Assembly: GCA_047495785.1 (NCBI GenBank)
Contig: JBLDXI010000011.1
Span: forward strand, 744,001 to 808,000
Length of the DNA stretch: 64,000 bases
From: Lepidodermella squamata
Taxonomy: Eukaryota > Animalia > Gastrotricha
Direction of reading: 5' to 3'
Each line of letters opens with the position of its first letter. Within the stretch, counting starts at the first letter, position 1. Positions 12,197-25,975 of the stretch are shown here, one piece after another. Both the position numbers and the translations under genes were made by a program. The notes below the pieces were generated by a model, which searched no databases, was not told the DNA's origin, and worked only from the letters and a program-made list of their open reading frames with translations.

Positions 12197-14200
12197 ATGA
12201 TTCTTACTCAGATTTGTTTGTGCTTCTTCATGGTGGTTGGATGTTTCGCCAATGACCGATATTTCGGCTCGAAAACAGGCTACCCGATGGACCCGATTGA
12301 TTGGCAATCAATTCGAGAATACGCCCAACTTCCGCAATCCTGCAAATTGATACATGTAAAATTTTAATTTTTTGAAATTTTAAAATTTAAAATTTAGAGT
12401 TTTCAAAATAGCACATTATTTTTCAATTTTTTTAAATATTCTAATTTTTCAAAAATTTTCAATAATTCAACCGATGAAATTTTTCAAGAGATAATTCGTT
12501 TTTTTTTATAATTTTTAGATCCGAGCTGTATTGAGACATGGAACTCGATCTTATGGCGAGGATGACCTAGACACAACGTCAAAAGCCGTTGCTAAAATAG
12601 CGGCAGTCGGCGCGAATCCGAACCCGAATTCTGGCGGAATAACCTCGGAAGAACTAAAAGCCCTACTAGCCTGGCAAAATACCCTCGCCATAGGGAAAGA
12701 ACTGCTGCCCCGCGGCGAGGCTGAGCACGAATTTCTAGCCGAAAATTACTTCAATCTGACGAAAGAATCAACGTCGCAAATCGATCAGAATTCGATCCTA
12801 TTCGAGGCGTCGAATGTTAAGCGAGCGATTGAAAGCGGCGAGGCGTTCCGGCGGAGATGGGCCAATTTAGCTAGCAATTCACAGCTGAGCGAGATCACGG
12901 TCAATTTGACGCGGAATTATTTCCATAAAAACTGCTCGGCTTACAACGATAGAGTTGCGAAAAACGCTTCGGCTACGCCCGAAAAATCGCGAATTCCGTC
13001 TACGCCCGAAGCTTTGGCTGTTGTAGCGAATGTTAATCGGGTCAAACTTGGACTCAATTACGATCTTCTTACTTGGGGTGAGTCATAAATCATATTTCTC
13101 ATTTTTTTCTAAATTTTTCAAAACGGAAGGAAATTCGGATTCTGAAAATGTTCAACTTTCTGCAAATTTTCTAAAGTGTTGAAGTTTTATTTAAAATTTG
13201 AAAAAAATTTAAAATTTTGAAATTCTTAATATTTTTGAAATATTTTTAAATTTACCACTTTTTTATTGGACCACAGGTGATATTACGTCGATGTATGTGG
13301 TTGGCGCAACCGAGTCCGTCGCAAATTACGGCCAAGGCTCCGTTTTCGAGCCGCTTTTCGACCCAGAAGACCTCGCCTATCTCGAATACGCCGCCGATGT
13401 CGACCAGTACTGGACGAAATCGTACAACTACGACGACGTTTCGCGGCAAATGAGTTGCCCGTTGACGAATCACATCTTCGAAACGGCCGACCGCGCGTAC
13501 GCCTCGAACGGCAAAGAGCCTAGCATGTTCTCGTTTTCGCATCTCGAAATTGTTTTGCCAGTATTCGGCGCATTTCACATGTTCTACGACCCGCAGGACG
13601 GTTTTGTCGCGGATGCGAAACGATTTTTCTGCCTAAATCGAAATTTCGATACGTCCGAAATGGGAACTTTTGCCGTTAATCTCGCCTTTTTATTCGTAAG
13701 TCATAAAATTATTAAATTTTGAAAATTCTTGTGATATATGAAAAATTTCATATATATTCTAAATTAATTTTTTGAACAGGAGAAGATATTTTTCAAAATG
13801 TCAGAACCCCTGTGTTCAATTCCAGATTTTAATTCATATATTTTTGATTTTTTTTTTAATTTTGTTTTGATTTTCGTTTGAACTTCGAATGATTTTTTTG
13901 AATTTTTCTTGCCTATAGTACGACTGTCCTTCCGAGCGTGCGCCCCGGAATAAATTGACGCTTATGGTCGTGAACGGCCAACCGCAAGCACTGCCAAAAG
14001 CGTGCCCTTACGATCTCGCCTGCCCATTGCAGACCGTCAAAGAAAAATACCCGTTTGAAACCGGTTACAAATCAACGTGCGACTACGACGCTATTTGCTG
14101 GCCGCAGGAAAATACTAAAACTGTAAACTCAGCAATCAGCTTTCAGCCGCAATTTTTCATCACGATGATTCCCGCTATTATTATTGCTATCATTTATTGA
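12197..14200 (+). CDS. MINPP1: Multiple inositol polyphosphate phosphatase 1-like histidine acid phosphatase, probably active (exons 12197..12355, 12519..13077, 13277..13695, 13919..14200)
   Basis: Signal peptide, YFGSKTGY, catalytic RHGTR, LEYAADVDQYW..SY, FSHLE, N-terminal C and C-terminal CP..C; hydrophobic C-terminal tail. Confidence 0.8.
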
Positions 14201-14570
14201 GCTAATTATGAATTAATTTTTTCACAACTTTAAAGTTCATTGAAAATAAAGCAATTTTTGATAATATTATGAAACTGGAATCCATTTAATAATTCAGTGC
14301 GTGGGTATTATATCTAATGTTTATTCGCAAAATTGCCAGCGATATGCATCGCAAAAAAACCGGCTTCTATTGTTTTATTAAAAAAAAAGGCCTGAGATGA
14401 TACCGCGCGCGCAGGTAATTTTTGCGCGTAAACATTAATTCTCCTAATTGGTAATTGCGGCGCGAACAAATTAAACCGTTTTATTATCCCCGCCGTTGGT
14501 AGAAAAAAATAAATAGCCGCGATGACAATTGTTCTTTCATTCATTGCCACAAATTGGCTGCGAAAATATA

Positions 14571-17500
14571 ATGACAGCTTATTGCCGGTTAGTTTTACTG
14601 TTAGGTTTTGTGGCGGCTTTTGCCGAGGCTGGTTTCGAAGGATCGAAGCGGTATTATGGGACAAATACGGCCCTATCTATGACTCCGACTAATTGGGATG
14701 GAATTTTTAAATTCGCAAGAATTCCGCCAACCTGCAACCTGGTTCACGTAAATATAGCCAACATATTAGGCTTTTTCACACTACGGTAAAGTGAAGTAAA
14801 AAAAGCGTTAACCGATCGCGTGCTCGTTGAAGTGCGTTGAAGTGATGTTAAAATTTCGTAGTGTGAACGCTTCTGTTGAAGCTAAATAGGCTTTTTGATA
14901 GCATAAAGCTGTGCAACGGCACTTTATACAACCCAGAACCCGTTTTAGTTGTCTCTATCGATATTAAGCAAGTAAATAGGCGGGGTAAATCGAAACAGTC
15001 CAGGGATTTCACGCCCTTGGAGGGATTGATTTATCTATTGCTAAATGTTCATCTAAGCGTGCTCTTTTTGCCAGTCTCTGTTATACCGGGCCTTATATTT
15101 CAGATTTGAGGTTTATTCAGGGTCAAGCAATTTTTAATTATTAGAATTTTTTTTCGAATTTTCTAGTATTGCAAATACCTAACTAATATAACCCTCGACT
15201 GCTGATCAGTAAAAGCAATCAACTCATGAGTGAGTAATAAATATTGGTGGTCAGACTTTTCAGCGATGTGACTTTCTAGCAAATGACGGTCGAATCAGTA
15301 GTGACCTATTTTATGACACTGTCAGGAAAAATTTTAAAAATTGTTTAGAGTTTTGACAATTGTTGACAAATTTGTGGCAACAATTCATCGGGCCCGAAAG
15401 TTCAGTGAGAATTAAGCCGCGGCAAATGAGCAAGGGACGATCAAACTTTATTGAAAATTTCAAGTTGTAAAAATGTAGATGCAATTGAACTCTACTTTTA
15501 GTTAATTCCACTGTTCTCTATCCGAGTACGGCTGAAATTCTAGGAAATTTTTCTTGCCGTGAAATTGCCGTGAATGCTTATGTCACAGCGTAAATGCTAC
15601 CGAGATGAAACAGCAAAAATCCGAAAAGACTGGGATCGGGTTAAATATAAGAGAACCATTGCTGATTCGTACATGAAAAGTAATCACTGCGCAAATGTCG
15701 CCGCTGAAACGTCTCAGCATATTCGTGAATGATTAATCGACCGCATTGCTCAAAAGTCTCTGCTCGTCTCGTAAAATTGATATCATAAATTCAAGAATGT
15801 CCGTTGCAAAACAGACCTCTTTTGAGCCTAGGTATTTAATCCTATCGATAGCTAGTGGTTTTTCGGTTTTCGGCACATCTATAAGCACGCGTAAAACTGT
15901 TGTCTGGTCTTATTCTTACTTGCAAATATTCAGGCTCCATGGTTATACTAATTTTCTTATAATTATTAGAGCATAGAAGGCATTTGCCCACTCATCGCTA
16001 AGTTAACTTCTGGCGTTCACACTGCTGTTTAAGTGAAAAAAGATCACCAGCTTCAATCAGCTCGTGCTGGGATATAAGTGCGGTAAAGAATTTGCATTGA
16101 TTTGATGCACGCGCTTTACCGAGCTCGGAAAAAAAATAAAAAAAAAACACTTCAACTTAGATATGTTCACACTTGGTTATTAGGAAAAAATGATTTTTAA
16201 CCAGATCGCATGGATTTGCGGTGATGAATTTTTTTCATTTATATGGCGATTTGCAATCTCAGATAATAACTTCAACGTAGTGGTGAATTTTTTGTGATCA
16301 CCAGAGCACGTGTTCACACTACAGGGAATTTTTTTTCTCAAAAAAATGCTTCAATTTTCTTCACTTCACCGTAGTGTGAAAAAGCCTAATTTTTTTGAAA
16401 ATTTAAAAAATTTAAAAATATAGAATTTTCAATATTTCATTTATTTTATTGATTTTTTTTTAATTTTTCAAAGGTTCGAAGCTTGTTGCGGACTGGTGCA
16501 AGGTCCATTGGGTCTGATATTCCGATCCAGGTCGCGGCTATAATTTCGAAAATCGGTTTCGCCGCTGTGAAAGGCACTCGAGGCCCAGGCGGGTTGTTTT
16601 CCGACCAATTCCGGGCTTTGTTATTCTGGCGAAATTTACTACCCCTCTCAACGGAATTGCTACCTCAAGGAGCTCAGGAACACTCGTTTTTAGCCGCTGA
16701 TCTCATGAAATTAATCGCGAGGCCGAGCTCGAAAGTCGACATGAAAAGCGTGAAGTTCGAAACTTCGAGCCTTAATCGGGCCATTGAGAGCGCTAGCTCG
16801 TTCCGCCAACGCTGGGCTGATATGGTTAAATCGATTTCGCTGCCTAATGTTGAACTCAACGATGCGAAGAATAATTTTCAAGTGAATTGTACGAATTATT
16901 TCGACCGAGTTGGGAAGTCGCAGCCGAAAGAAGCTATTGAGGCTGGGAAATCGGCGATAGCTCAGGAAATTTTGTACAAGATCAACAGGGTCAAACTTGG
17001 ATTGCTATCGGACGTACTCACATGGGGTAAGAAAAATCGAAAATCGATTCGAAAGAATTTTTTTAATTTTATAAAATATTTTTTTAATTTTTTTATTTAT
17101 CGCTTTTTATTTATCAAAAAAAGGAATTTTTTTGAGTTAAGTTCAATTTAAAATTCTATAAAATTGAAATATAATTGGGAATGAGTTCGAATTTTTTTTA
17201 AACTTTTTAGCACTTTCTCCTTTCATTTGAAAAATAGTTTTCATTTTTTCGGCTCTTTCTCTATTATTTTTGAAATGTTCTTATTTTACTATAGATGATA
17301 TTGTGGCTTTGTACACTATGGCTGCTTTTGAAGTGGCTACCTCGCCCAAGCGATATTCAGCAATCGCGCCACTTTTCGACGAAGAAGACCTCGAATACTT
17401 GGAATACGCAGCTGACCTGCAAAATTTCTACCAAAAATCGTACAGCTTCGACGCTGTAACCCGCCGCATGAGTTGCGCTCTAACCACCGATATCTTCGAA

Positions 17501-18362
17501 TCAGCAGCTCGAGCCCTGTTGAATCCAGCCAATGAGCCTAGCAAATTCTCGTTCATTGACGAAGAAGCTCTGTTTTCCGTCATCGGAGCTTTCGATTTGT
17601 TCCACGACAAGGAAGAGCCGTTCAACGCTAGAGCGGCGCCGTATTTCTATAGAAACAGGCAGTTTGATTCGTCGGAAATCAACGGATTCGCTTCTAGTCT
17701 TTCATTTCTATTCGTAAGTAGAGCCAATTCTGATTTTATTCCTAAAATCATACTTTCAGCATTCAGCCAAAAAAATGAAATTTTGTTAAATTAAATTTTG
17801 GGATTTTTAAACTTTATCTAAATGTTCAATTCGAAATTTTTAAAATTAATTAAAAATTATTTTGAAATTATTTAAAAATTTTTAAAAATTATTTAAATTA
17901 GGAAAAAAATTCCTGTTTTTGCGAATTATTTATCCTCTTTTCCAGTATAAATGCGCCAATGTAACCCAGCCTAATGAGGACCAAGTCCTTCTAGTATCGA
18001 ATGGCCAACCTCAGCCGTTCCAACTCGCCTGCCCTAACGATCTTCTGTGCCCAGTCGAGCGTGTCAAAGCCGCGTATCCTCAGGCCACCGGCTATCTCTC
18101 AGCGTGCGACTACTCCGATATCTGCCTACCCCCTCCACAAATTCCTAATTTGATGCTACCCACCAACCTACAAAGCCCAACCTCGTCATTTTCCTCATTC
18201 CCGTGGATGTTTGATTTCACGAAAATTTTCGGCAATTTCATGGGACCGTCACGCAGCGACTCTGGAAGCAGCAGCAATAATCCCGTCGGCGGTTTCTATG
18301 GCAACTTCCCGTTCGGCAACCCGTTCAGATCGCAATCGTTCGCCTTCCCATTTGCTAATTAA
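14571..18362 (+). CDS. MINPP1-like tandem paralogue with catalytic residues substituted (exons 14571..14747, 16474..17026, 17295..17713, 17946..18362)
   Basis: Same three intron positions as the upstream copy. RHGTR becomes RTGAR and FSHLE becomes FIDEE. Reading frame intact; F/S/G/P-rich C-terminal extension. Confidence 0.8.
14769..16386. mobile_element. Non-autonomous DNA transposon (1.6 kb) in intron 1 of the second MINPP1-like gene
   Basis: Terminal inverted repeats GGCTTTTTCACACTACGGT(A/G)AAGTGAAG at 14769 and ending 16386, flanked by TA on both sides. Internal GTTCACACT subterminal copies; no transposase ORF. TIR is reminiscent of PIF/Harbinger. Confidence 0.8.
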
Positions 18363-18901
18363 TCAAAATTGCCTATACTAATTTCTCACTGCTTTGGAGG
18401 TTGTCGAATTTGCTCAAAGACACCGCATGGTCACAGAGTGCATCAAAAGTTCACTTTATAAAATAAAATGAACGTTCAATTGCATTTTCTCACAATTTTT
18501 TGCTAATAAATATTATTCGAATTTTTTTTTGGTTTTTTCTTCATGTACACAAAGTCAAATAATCCAAATTAGAATAATTTATTATTAATATTTAGCTTCA
18601 TTTTCCCAATTTTTTTTTCTTTCGAACCTAAAGATTAGGTAAATTCCGGGACATCAAAAGCTTTTCATCTCTGTGATGAAAGAAAAATATCGCGCCCCAT
18701 TCACACTAATAGGTAATTAACCTAGCAACGCGCATTTTTTTGATCAAAAGCCGTGAATATGAGCCGTTTTTCACACGGCAGAAGCGATGAATAGCTTGAG
18801 AGCAAATTAAACGCAATCCGGTCACAAAATAATAATATCCAACCTTTTTAAATTAACAAACATAATATATCGACTGAAGCTGGATTGGAATTCGAACAGC
18901 A

Positions 18902-21900
18902 ATGATCATTTCGGCTAACGATGAATTTGGATCGACGCATGATTCGAGGAAAATTACAATCTATTTCAGCTTTTGCCGAGATGAACAAGCCGGAAAAGCA
19001 GCGGCTATTCGGGAGATTATCGAAATTATGAAATCTTCGAACGAATTCAACATTTATTACAACAATGGCAGATCTAAATCTGGAGATGCTGAAATTAGCA
19101 AGGTATTTCTCATATAAATTTGAAAAAATCGCAATAATTTGTTTTAACTTCTCAGAATTTCCAATAATTTTTTATAATAATTTTTAAATTTTTATCGATT
19201 TTTTTATCGATTTTTGCTGAATTTTAAGATTAATTCATATTCAAGCTCGAAATTGATTCATCATTCATCCAGTCTGGAGGATTCCAGCCATTTAAAATAT
19301 TTAAAATTTAAAATTTAAAATTTCTAAATTTATTGAAATAATTTTTTAAGATGATTTCGACGGCCGATGTTGTCCTAATCTTTTTCGACGATCTGTACCG
19401 TCGCTCCTACGACTGCAAATTAGAAGCCCTCGAAGCTAGGAAACTAGGCAAAACCATCCTACCCATCCGAGTGCAGCCTGACCTGGCATTATCTGGCTGG
19501 CTCAGCGATGTTATCCATGAGGGGCATTTCTTCGATTTTTCTCTCGACGAGCCTGTAGAGGCGATTATTGCCGAGCTCAACTACCAGATTCCGACTCTTT
19601 TCGATTTCGCTAATAGGTAAAAACTTACAACCAATATCTTTCAGACTCAAATTTCTACAACAAAGTAAGAAATTCCAAGGTACCAAAGGTCCAGATGAAC
19701 TTTTAGAACTTCAAGCTAAACACTCCTAGACTAGCTAGAATACTATGCCCATAAATTCGAAATTCTACTATTGATATTTTGATGTAATTGCAGGGGGAAG
19801 TACCGCGTGTTCGAAGATCGACCAGCTTCAACAAAGGAGCGGCTGTATCAGAATTCAGAAAAGTTGACCGACCTGTTGGAAAAGGTCAAACTGCTATGCG
19901 ATGGATGTCCCAACAGAGGTGTGTATCAACAATCTGTAATCTTTCTGGTTGCAGCTTTCATGACCCTAACCGTCTTAAGACACATTAATTTCTTTCCAAG
20001 GTGGATTGTTGGTCTTAAGTGGCGACGAAGGCGTAGGCAAAACAACGCTAACCCGTCAGATCGCTTCATGGAAAACCGAAAACGGCTACGCTCTACAGCA
20101 AACCTGCAAAATCGGTTCAGCTTTCAGCATCAACTGCCACGGCTTACGCAACGACAAGCTTAGCTTGGAATCAAAGCTCATCGACCTGTTGGCCAAAGCT
20201 ACAAAACGTGGCACAGACCTTCCGTTCTCCGAGCATATTCGCTTGATGACCGAAGTTTTCGATTCTCCCCCTTTGCTGATTTTCGACAGCGTCCAACATC
20301 TAGACGTTCTCTTCTTCATGAAAGACCTTTCTTTGCCCTGTATCGCTACGATGAATTCAGAACAAGTTCTTATCGCTAAATCTTTAATGCCGAACTGGTC
20401 GAGCTTTGTTGATCAAGAATTTGTGATGGAACGATTTTCTGACAAAGAGATTCTCCACATCCTTCAGGATACCTTCAAGCTTGGGGCGAAGTTGGATAGT
20501 TCCACGCTACGGCATCACGTTGTTTCATGTGAGGGACTGCCGAGTCGAGCTAGAAAAATTGCTGATAGCTACCTTCTGAAGCCCGCCAGCGAGAACGATG
20601 AGAAAAATGTCCTCGAAATTGAGAGAAAATTCGAAGCGTGGGACGCTACGTCTCCGCTAGACATCGAAGTTTCTAGCCGAGCTTTGCTGGAGTGAGTTTT
20701 GAACTTTGGGAACTTCAACTGATATTGGTTATGTTTTACTTGAACTAGGTTGGTGAATGTTCCGAAGTATTCCGGGTACACCGCGAGGCCCAGCGAGGAA
20801 CAAGCCGTGCTCCATGGGTTAAAGGCCTTCGGAAACAAACCTGAATCGGGTATGACGAAACTTCTGGGGATATCGAAGCTTTGTACCCAGTACCGTTTCC
20901 AATTTCAGATATGGGCTTTTACGTGATCGAAGGGGTGGCTGGAATTGGCAAAACGACTCTGATATCGGAACTATTTCATAGAAATGGCAGTTTCATATCC
21001 CACCAATGCAATTTCCAGCTCGTCATCTGGCTCAACTGCTGGGAGTGGCGAAATGGCTTCAATTGGGACCAGAAGCCTATTCGAAAGTTCCTGGACACCC
21101 TAACCAAAGATTTGGGACGAAGAGCTGAACCTTCATTACCAGACGGCTTCATCTCATTGAACGAAATGCTGCGTCACTTCAGCACTAGCAGCAAGCGAAT
21201 TTTGTTTGTGCTAGACGATGTCTTCTCAACTTCGATTCTTGACGTTTTTCGCAACGAATGCCCTAATGCGTTTTGCCTCGCTGTAACTCGATCGTCGTCG
21301 ATATTCCAGGACAAACCAACCTATAAACCATTTACAAAGCTTGAAAATTCAGCAAATCCTTTGAAAATACAGCCTTTGAATACCGAAGAAATGAAATCGA
21401 TTTTAATGAACGAATTCCGCCTCAAAGATCGAATTACTCAACTTCAAGCATCGAAAATCTTCGTATGTTGTAACGGGTCTAGTTTGGTCACCGATTTGAT
21501 CGGCTGCCACTTACGGAATTCCAGAAATATCGCTATAACTCTAAAAAGAATCATCAAAGGCCTCGCTGGCATCAAAAGCGGGGAGAAAAAAGCCGTAGAG
21601 CTAACTGAATTCGCCCTCGGAACTTTGGAGGAGAATGTTCGAATTCGATTTTTCGCGATTCTGTTCTTCAAACCTTCAGAATCGATATCTCTCGAGGACT
21701 TGGCGTCTCTGTGGGGGCTGGAATACATTTCTGAAGCTAGGGACCTATGTTGCCAGCTTGAAAAATGGTCTCTACTAAGGTTCGAAAGTGGCTTTTACCA
21801 AGATTCGGGCGCTGTTAACCAAGTCGTCTACGACGCAACTTTCAATCGAGCTTTGGTCGATTTTTCCATAGTTCCAACTTCGAAATCGCTGAGCCATCGG

Positions 21901-24140
21901 AAGAAAATCACTAGCCAGTTAAGAATCGGCATAATCCTCCAGCTATCAGAACGATTTTGCGAGGAAAGTGTAGGAAGTTTCTTCTCTCGGCTGGATAAAG
22001 ATCTGGCGACTAAAGTTCTATCAGGAATCGAACCTGGAGCTTCGAATATGCTACTGGCAAGTGCGGAAGGGTCTCATTTGAGAACGATTCTTCTCGCCGC
22101 TGCTTCAAGTGGCCATCTTGATATAGTAGATTTCGCGCTAAGAAATGGGGCTGATATCAACTCAACGAGTGATAACGGCGAGACAGCCTTAATTCTAGCT
22201 GCTCGAAGTTCAAACGAGAAATTGGTGGAGTTATTACTGTCTCGAGATGCGGATGTTAATTTGAAAGCTGAAAATGGAACTACAGCTCTGATGGAAGCTT
22301 CAAAAATCGGCCATTTCTTCATTTTGAACTCATTACTCAAAAAAGGAGCTGACTTTGAGGCGAAAGGTCTATGCGGCGAGACTTGCCTAATGAAAGCAGC
22401 AATTTTTGGTCATATCCCAATCGTTTCTGCCCTAATCAAAGCTGGGGCGAATTTCAATGAAAGGAATGATCAAGGTAGCACGGCTTTAATTGAAGCGGCC
22501 CGTTTCGGATGGGAGAAAGTTATTGGGGTGCTGTTGGATGCAGGTTCGAATGTTAACGAGAGAACGTTCGATGGCACCACCGCCTTGATAATGGCCGCTT
22601 GCTATGGTCACGAGAAAGCTGTCCTTTTGGTGAGAATTGATGCAAGAAATTTATTTTATCAGAAATTGTTGTATGTTTGAAGCTCTTATCTCGTGGAGCT
22701 GATGTCGAAGCAGCGGGCAATGACGGCAGTACTGCTCTAAGCGAAGCTTCAAGAAACGGTCACGTGACCATAGTCAGCGCCCTTCTCCGCAAAACTTCAT
22801 GGCGAGAAGAGGCAAACTCAAGCCTTCTAATCGCCGCTAGAAACGGCCGCGATCGCGTTGTTCAGCTGCTGCTTCAAAAAGGCGCAGATCCAGCCATGCG
22901 TGACTCTGACGATAGCAACAACACGCCCCTAATCCTAGCTGCTAAAAGTGGCCATTTGACTACAACGGAAGTTTTGATAAACCACGGGGCTGATGTTAAC
23001 GAAATCAACGATTTGGGTCAAACTGCCTTAATGAACGCGGCCTTGGGGGGTCACGCATCAATTGTGCGCGCCCTAATTAACAACGGCGCGATAGTTAATA
23101 TTGCGGATGACGAGACGGGATTAACGCCTCTCATCTCCGGTGTAACGCGCAACTCGTTCGCAATTACAGATTATCTTCTCGAGAGTGGGGCGGATTTAGA
23201 ACTGGCGAACAATCGAGGCGAGACAGCGTTTTTGATTGCCGCTAAATTAGGCCACGAAAAACTGGCGGCTTATCTCGCAAGTCGAGGCGCCAGTATCGAC
23301 GTGCGAGACGTTAGCGGTAATACTGCTTTAATCTTAGCCGCGAAAAATGGCGCAAAGGTCGATAAGTTGATAGAAATTTGCGGGAAGTCATCGGACCAGA
23401 ATGAGAGCGGCGAGACTGCGTTGATTTTGTCAACAAATCCTGGAAACACGGCGAAATTACTCGAAAACTGCTCGGATTTTTACGAAATTTCAACTGCGGT
23501 TCTTTTGGCTCTCGAATCAAATAATATCGCATTGTTGGATTTATTACTCGCAAAATCGAATTCAAGGGCTAAATCAATATTTGCCGCCGTGATTGGCAAT
23601 AATTCGAATTTTTTCGCGAATTCTTTCAATTTTAAGGAGGAATTTCTGTTTTCTGTCGCATTTGTCGCAGCCGCTGGTTCGGGCAGTTTAGAAATTGTTG
23701 ATCGATTATCGAATTTTATCGAAATCGAAACTCGCGAGAATTCGATGCAACAAACCGGGCTTATGCGGGCTTGTTTGAACAACCGGCTCGAAGTCGCTGA
23801 GTTTCTACTCACCCGAGGCGCAGATGTTAACTTGAAGGCTAGAAACGGTATGACCCCGTTGATGTTCGCGGCAAGTCGGGGTCACGTGACACTAGCTAGG
23901 CGGCTTTTCGAAAAATCGCGAGTCGAAATTGATGCTGCTGATAAGAAAGGATGGACGGCTTTGATGCATGCATGCACTGCTTTGGATGAATCAGCAGCCT
24001 CGGAAACGGTTGAGTTGCTGGTCGACTTCAACGCTGATTTTCAATTGAAAAATTCCACAGGCGAGACTGCCCTTCAAATTGCCTCACGACTAAACCGGCT
24101 GAATATTGTCAATTTTCTTAAAAATATGGACAAACTTTAG
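18902..24140 (+). CDS. NLR-like protein: TIR - P-loop NTPase - NB-ARC-like STAND NTPase - long ankyrin repeat array (exons 18902..19102, 19351..19616, 19794..19918, 20001..20691, 20749..20849, 20909..22629, 22683..24140)
   Basis: TIR motifs IYFSF, ADVVLIFF..Y.RSYDCKLE, ILPIRV, GWL. Walker A GDEGVGKTT and GVAGIGKTT; Walker B LLIFDSV and LFVLDDV. Many GxTAL/PL..AA..GH ankyrin units. All junctions are GT-AG and in phase. Confidence 0.85.
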
Positions 24141-24941
24141 ATTTTCATTCTGATAATAAATTTGTTATACTGGTCCCTTTCTTTATTTTGGAGTATACAA
24201 GATCGATTTGTTATCCATTTGATTATTAAAGCGTAAAAATTCTCGTTTTATTTACCTTGCAATGTCCCAGGGTGGTGATAATTAATTCGCTGCGTACACA
24301 TATTGACTTGGGGTAGCGTGTTTACGGATGTTGTCCTTCTTATTACACGTCTTAAACCGCGCGCAATCGCGCGGCCTTGTTTGCGCTATCGCCGAGTGCG
24401 AACCGCAAACATCATAATCGATTATAGAGTCGCGCGCGCGCACCAACAAACAAAAGCACGCGCGTTTTTATTGCTTGCGCATGATGTATGAATTTCGATT
24501 AATTACACCCCGAGGGGCCTTGTCCACTTGACCGGCTAGTCAGAAATTAATATAGCATGCTCAAGCATCATTAATCGTGAACATTTCGATTTTTATTACA
24601 CCTGATGTCTGATTTTTTCATCGTAGAGGCATATCTCGTGGTTAAAAATCCTAAGGTTTCGAATTTCACTAAGTATTTTTTGCTAGAAAAAACTACATAT
24701 CCCACCTGAGTTAGATGCATTAAGGTGTCTAATTCTCACGTTTCATGTGTCTTACATCCGTTTCCTCCGCCCACTTGATTAGTTTTTTCGTTCAAAGACT
24801 CGCAGCCAATCTGCGAGCAAACTCGCGTCGTGAGTTGCTCGATTCATCCTTGATGGATATCTAAATTTAAGTTGAATCAGTGAGCAAGCTAATCATTTTG
24901 AATATCTCTTGACTTGTGGTTTGTCATTCTTCCGTGTAGAG

Positions 24942-25210
24942 CCAATGAAACGTTCCCATAGCAACGGTTGCTAGGGCAAATATTAAGCTTATTTATTTGA
25001 TTGTATTTGGTCTCGCTTTCTTTAAGTTTGACCCTGAAAACCGCTAATATTAGCTATTTTGAAATGTCCCTAGCAACGGTTGCTAAGATTAGGCTTCCTG
25101 TTCAAATCGACGGGCTAAGGCACATCGGCAGGGTTAAAATTGCTCAGGAGCATCTGATAACTCAGGTCCAGGAATATATTTTTTGACCTTGGCAACCGTT
25201 GCCATAGAAA
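24942..25210. promoter_or_regulatory. Cluster of RFX X-box-like motifs with adjacent CCAAT box upstream of the 25262 gene
   Basis: CCAAT 24942, GTTCCCATAGCAAC 24952-24965 followed by GGTTGCTAGGGCAA; TAGCAACGGTTGCTA 25071-25085; TGGCAACCGTTGCCA 25190-25204. Confidence 0.6.
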
Positions 25211-25261
25211 AGCGTCATTTCGACTCTTTTCATTAACATTTTCATATGAAATTAGGGCAAA

Positions 25262-25975
25262 ATGTTGCGTCAGCATGAAATTGATTTTTTAAATGCTGCC
25301 ACGTCGCCGTATCGCCCTTCCAATCGAACAGTGAGCAATCCAGCGGCCTGCGTAACAACAGACTTCAAGCATATGATCGAAAGCATTGGCGAAATGAGTT
25401 TGGGCGATGACGAAGTTTACGACTCAAACGACGACGTTTTCGCTACGGATTCAACAATTCTAACTGGCTGGGACGAAACTTGCTCGCTGGGTAGTGAAGG
25501 CCTGCAGCTATCCCCAGGTCGTGCTCTAACGCCGACCTATGACAGGTGGTGCCGAAGGATCAACGCCTTTGCGAAGTATCCGGATGAATCATTGAGGAAA
25601 AAGGCGTTTGCTGCGTATCAAAGGGCTAGACAGGCTGCGTTAATGGCTCGACATCCTTCCTTGAGTGCTATCGAACACCCGCAGCCGCTGCGGAACATCG
25701 TGCGCGCGAGGACTGAGCGCGAGCGGCAAATCGGGTGGCCGACGAATTGCTGTCGCGAAGAGCTGCGAGTTCACAAAGCGACTCAAACGAAAAGTTGTGC
25801 TGTTGCGCCGAAAGATGAGGATGAGTCAGTTCAGAAAAAGCGGAATGCTTGTTCGGACTCGGAGCAACTGGTGCTTAGTAAGATTTTCGATCAAGCTGTC
25901 GAGGCTTCGATCTATATTGACTATCGTTTTACGATGAGGCTGTCAAAGGATAGTAAAAAAGTTGAAAAAGCTTGA
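25262..25975 (+). CDS. Uncharacterised single-exon protein (237 aa)
   Basis: ATG-initiated ORF in a GC-richer coding-like block; AATAAA at 25978 just after the stop. No recognisable domain. Confidence 0.6.
   Translation: MLRQHEIDFLNAATSPYRPSNRTVSNPAACVTTDFKHMIESIGEMSLGDDEVYDSNDDVFATDSTILTGWDETCSLGSEGLQLSPGRALTPTYDRWCRRINAFAKYPDESLRKKAFAAYQRARQAALMARHPSLSAIEHPQPLRNIVRARTERERQIGWPTNCCREELRVHKATQTKSCAVAPKDEDESVQKKRNACSDSEQLVLSKIFDQAVEASIYIDYRFTMRLSKDSKKVEKA

Noticed and set aside
24264-24518. Possible ~250-bp MITE with GCGCGC-rich interior
   Set aside because: Terminal inverted match is short and imperfect; cannot be supported without other copies.
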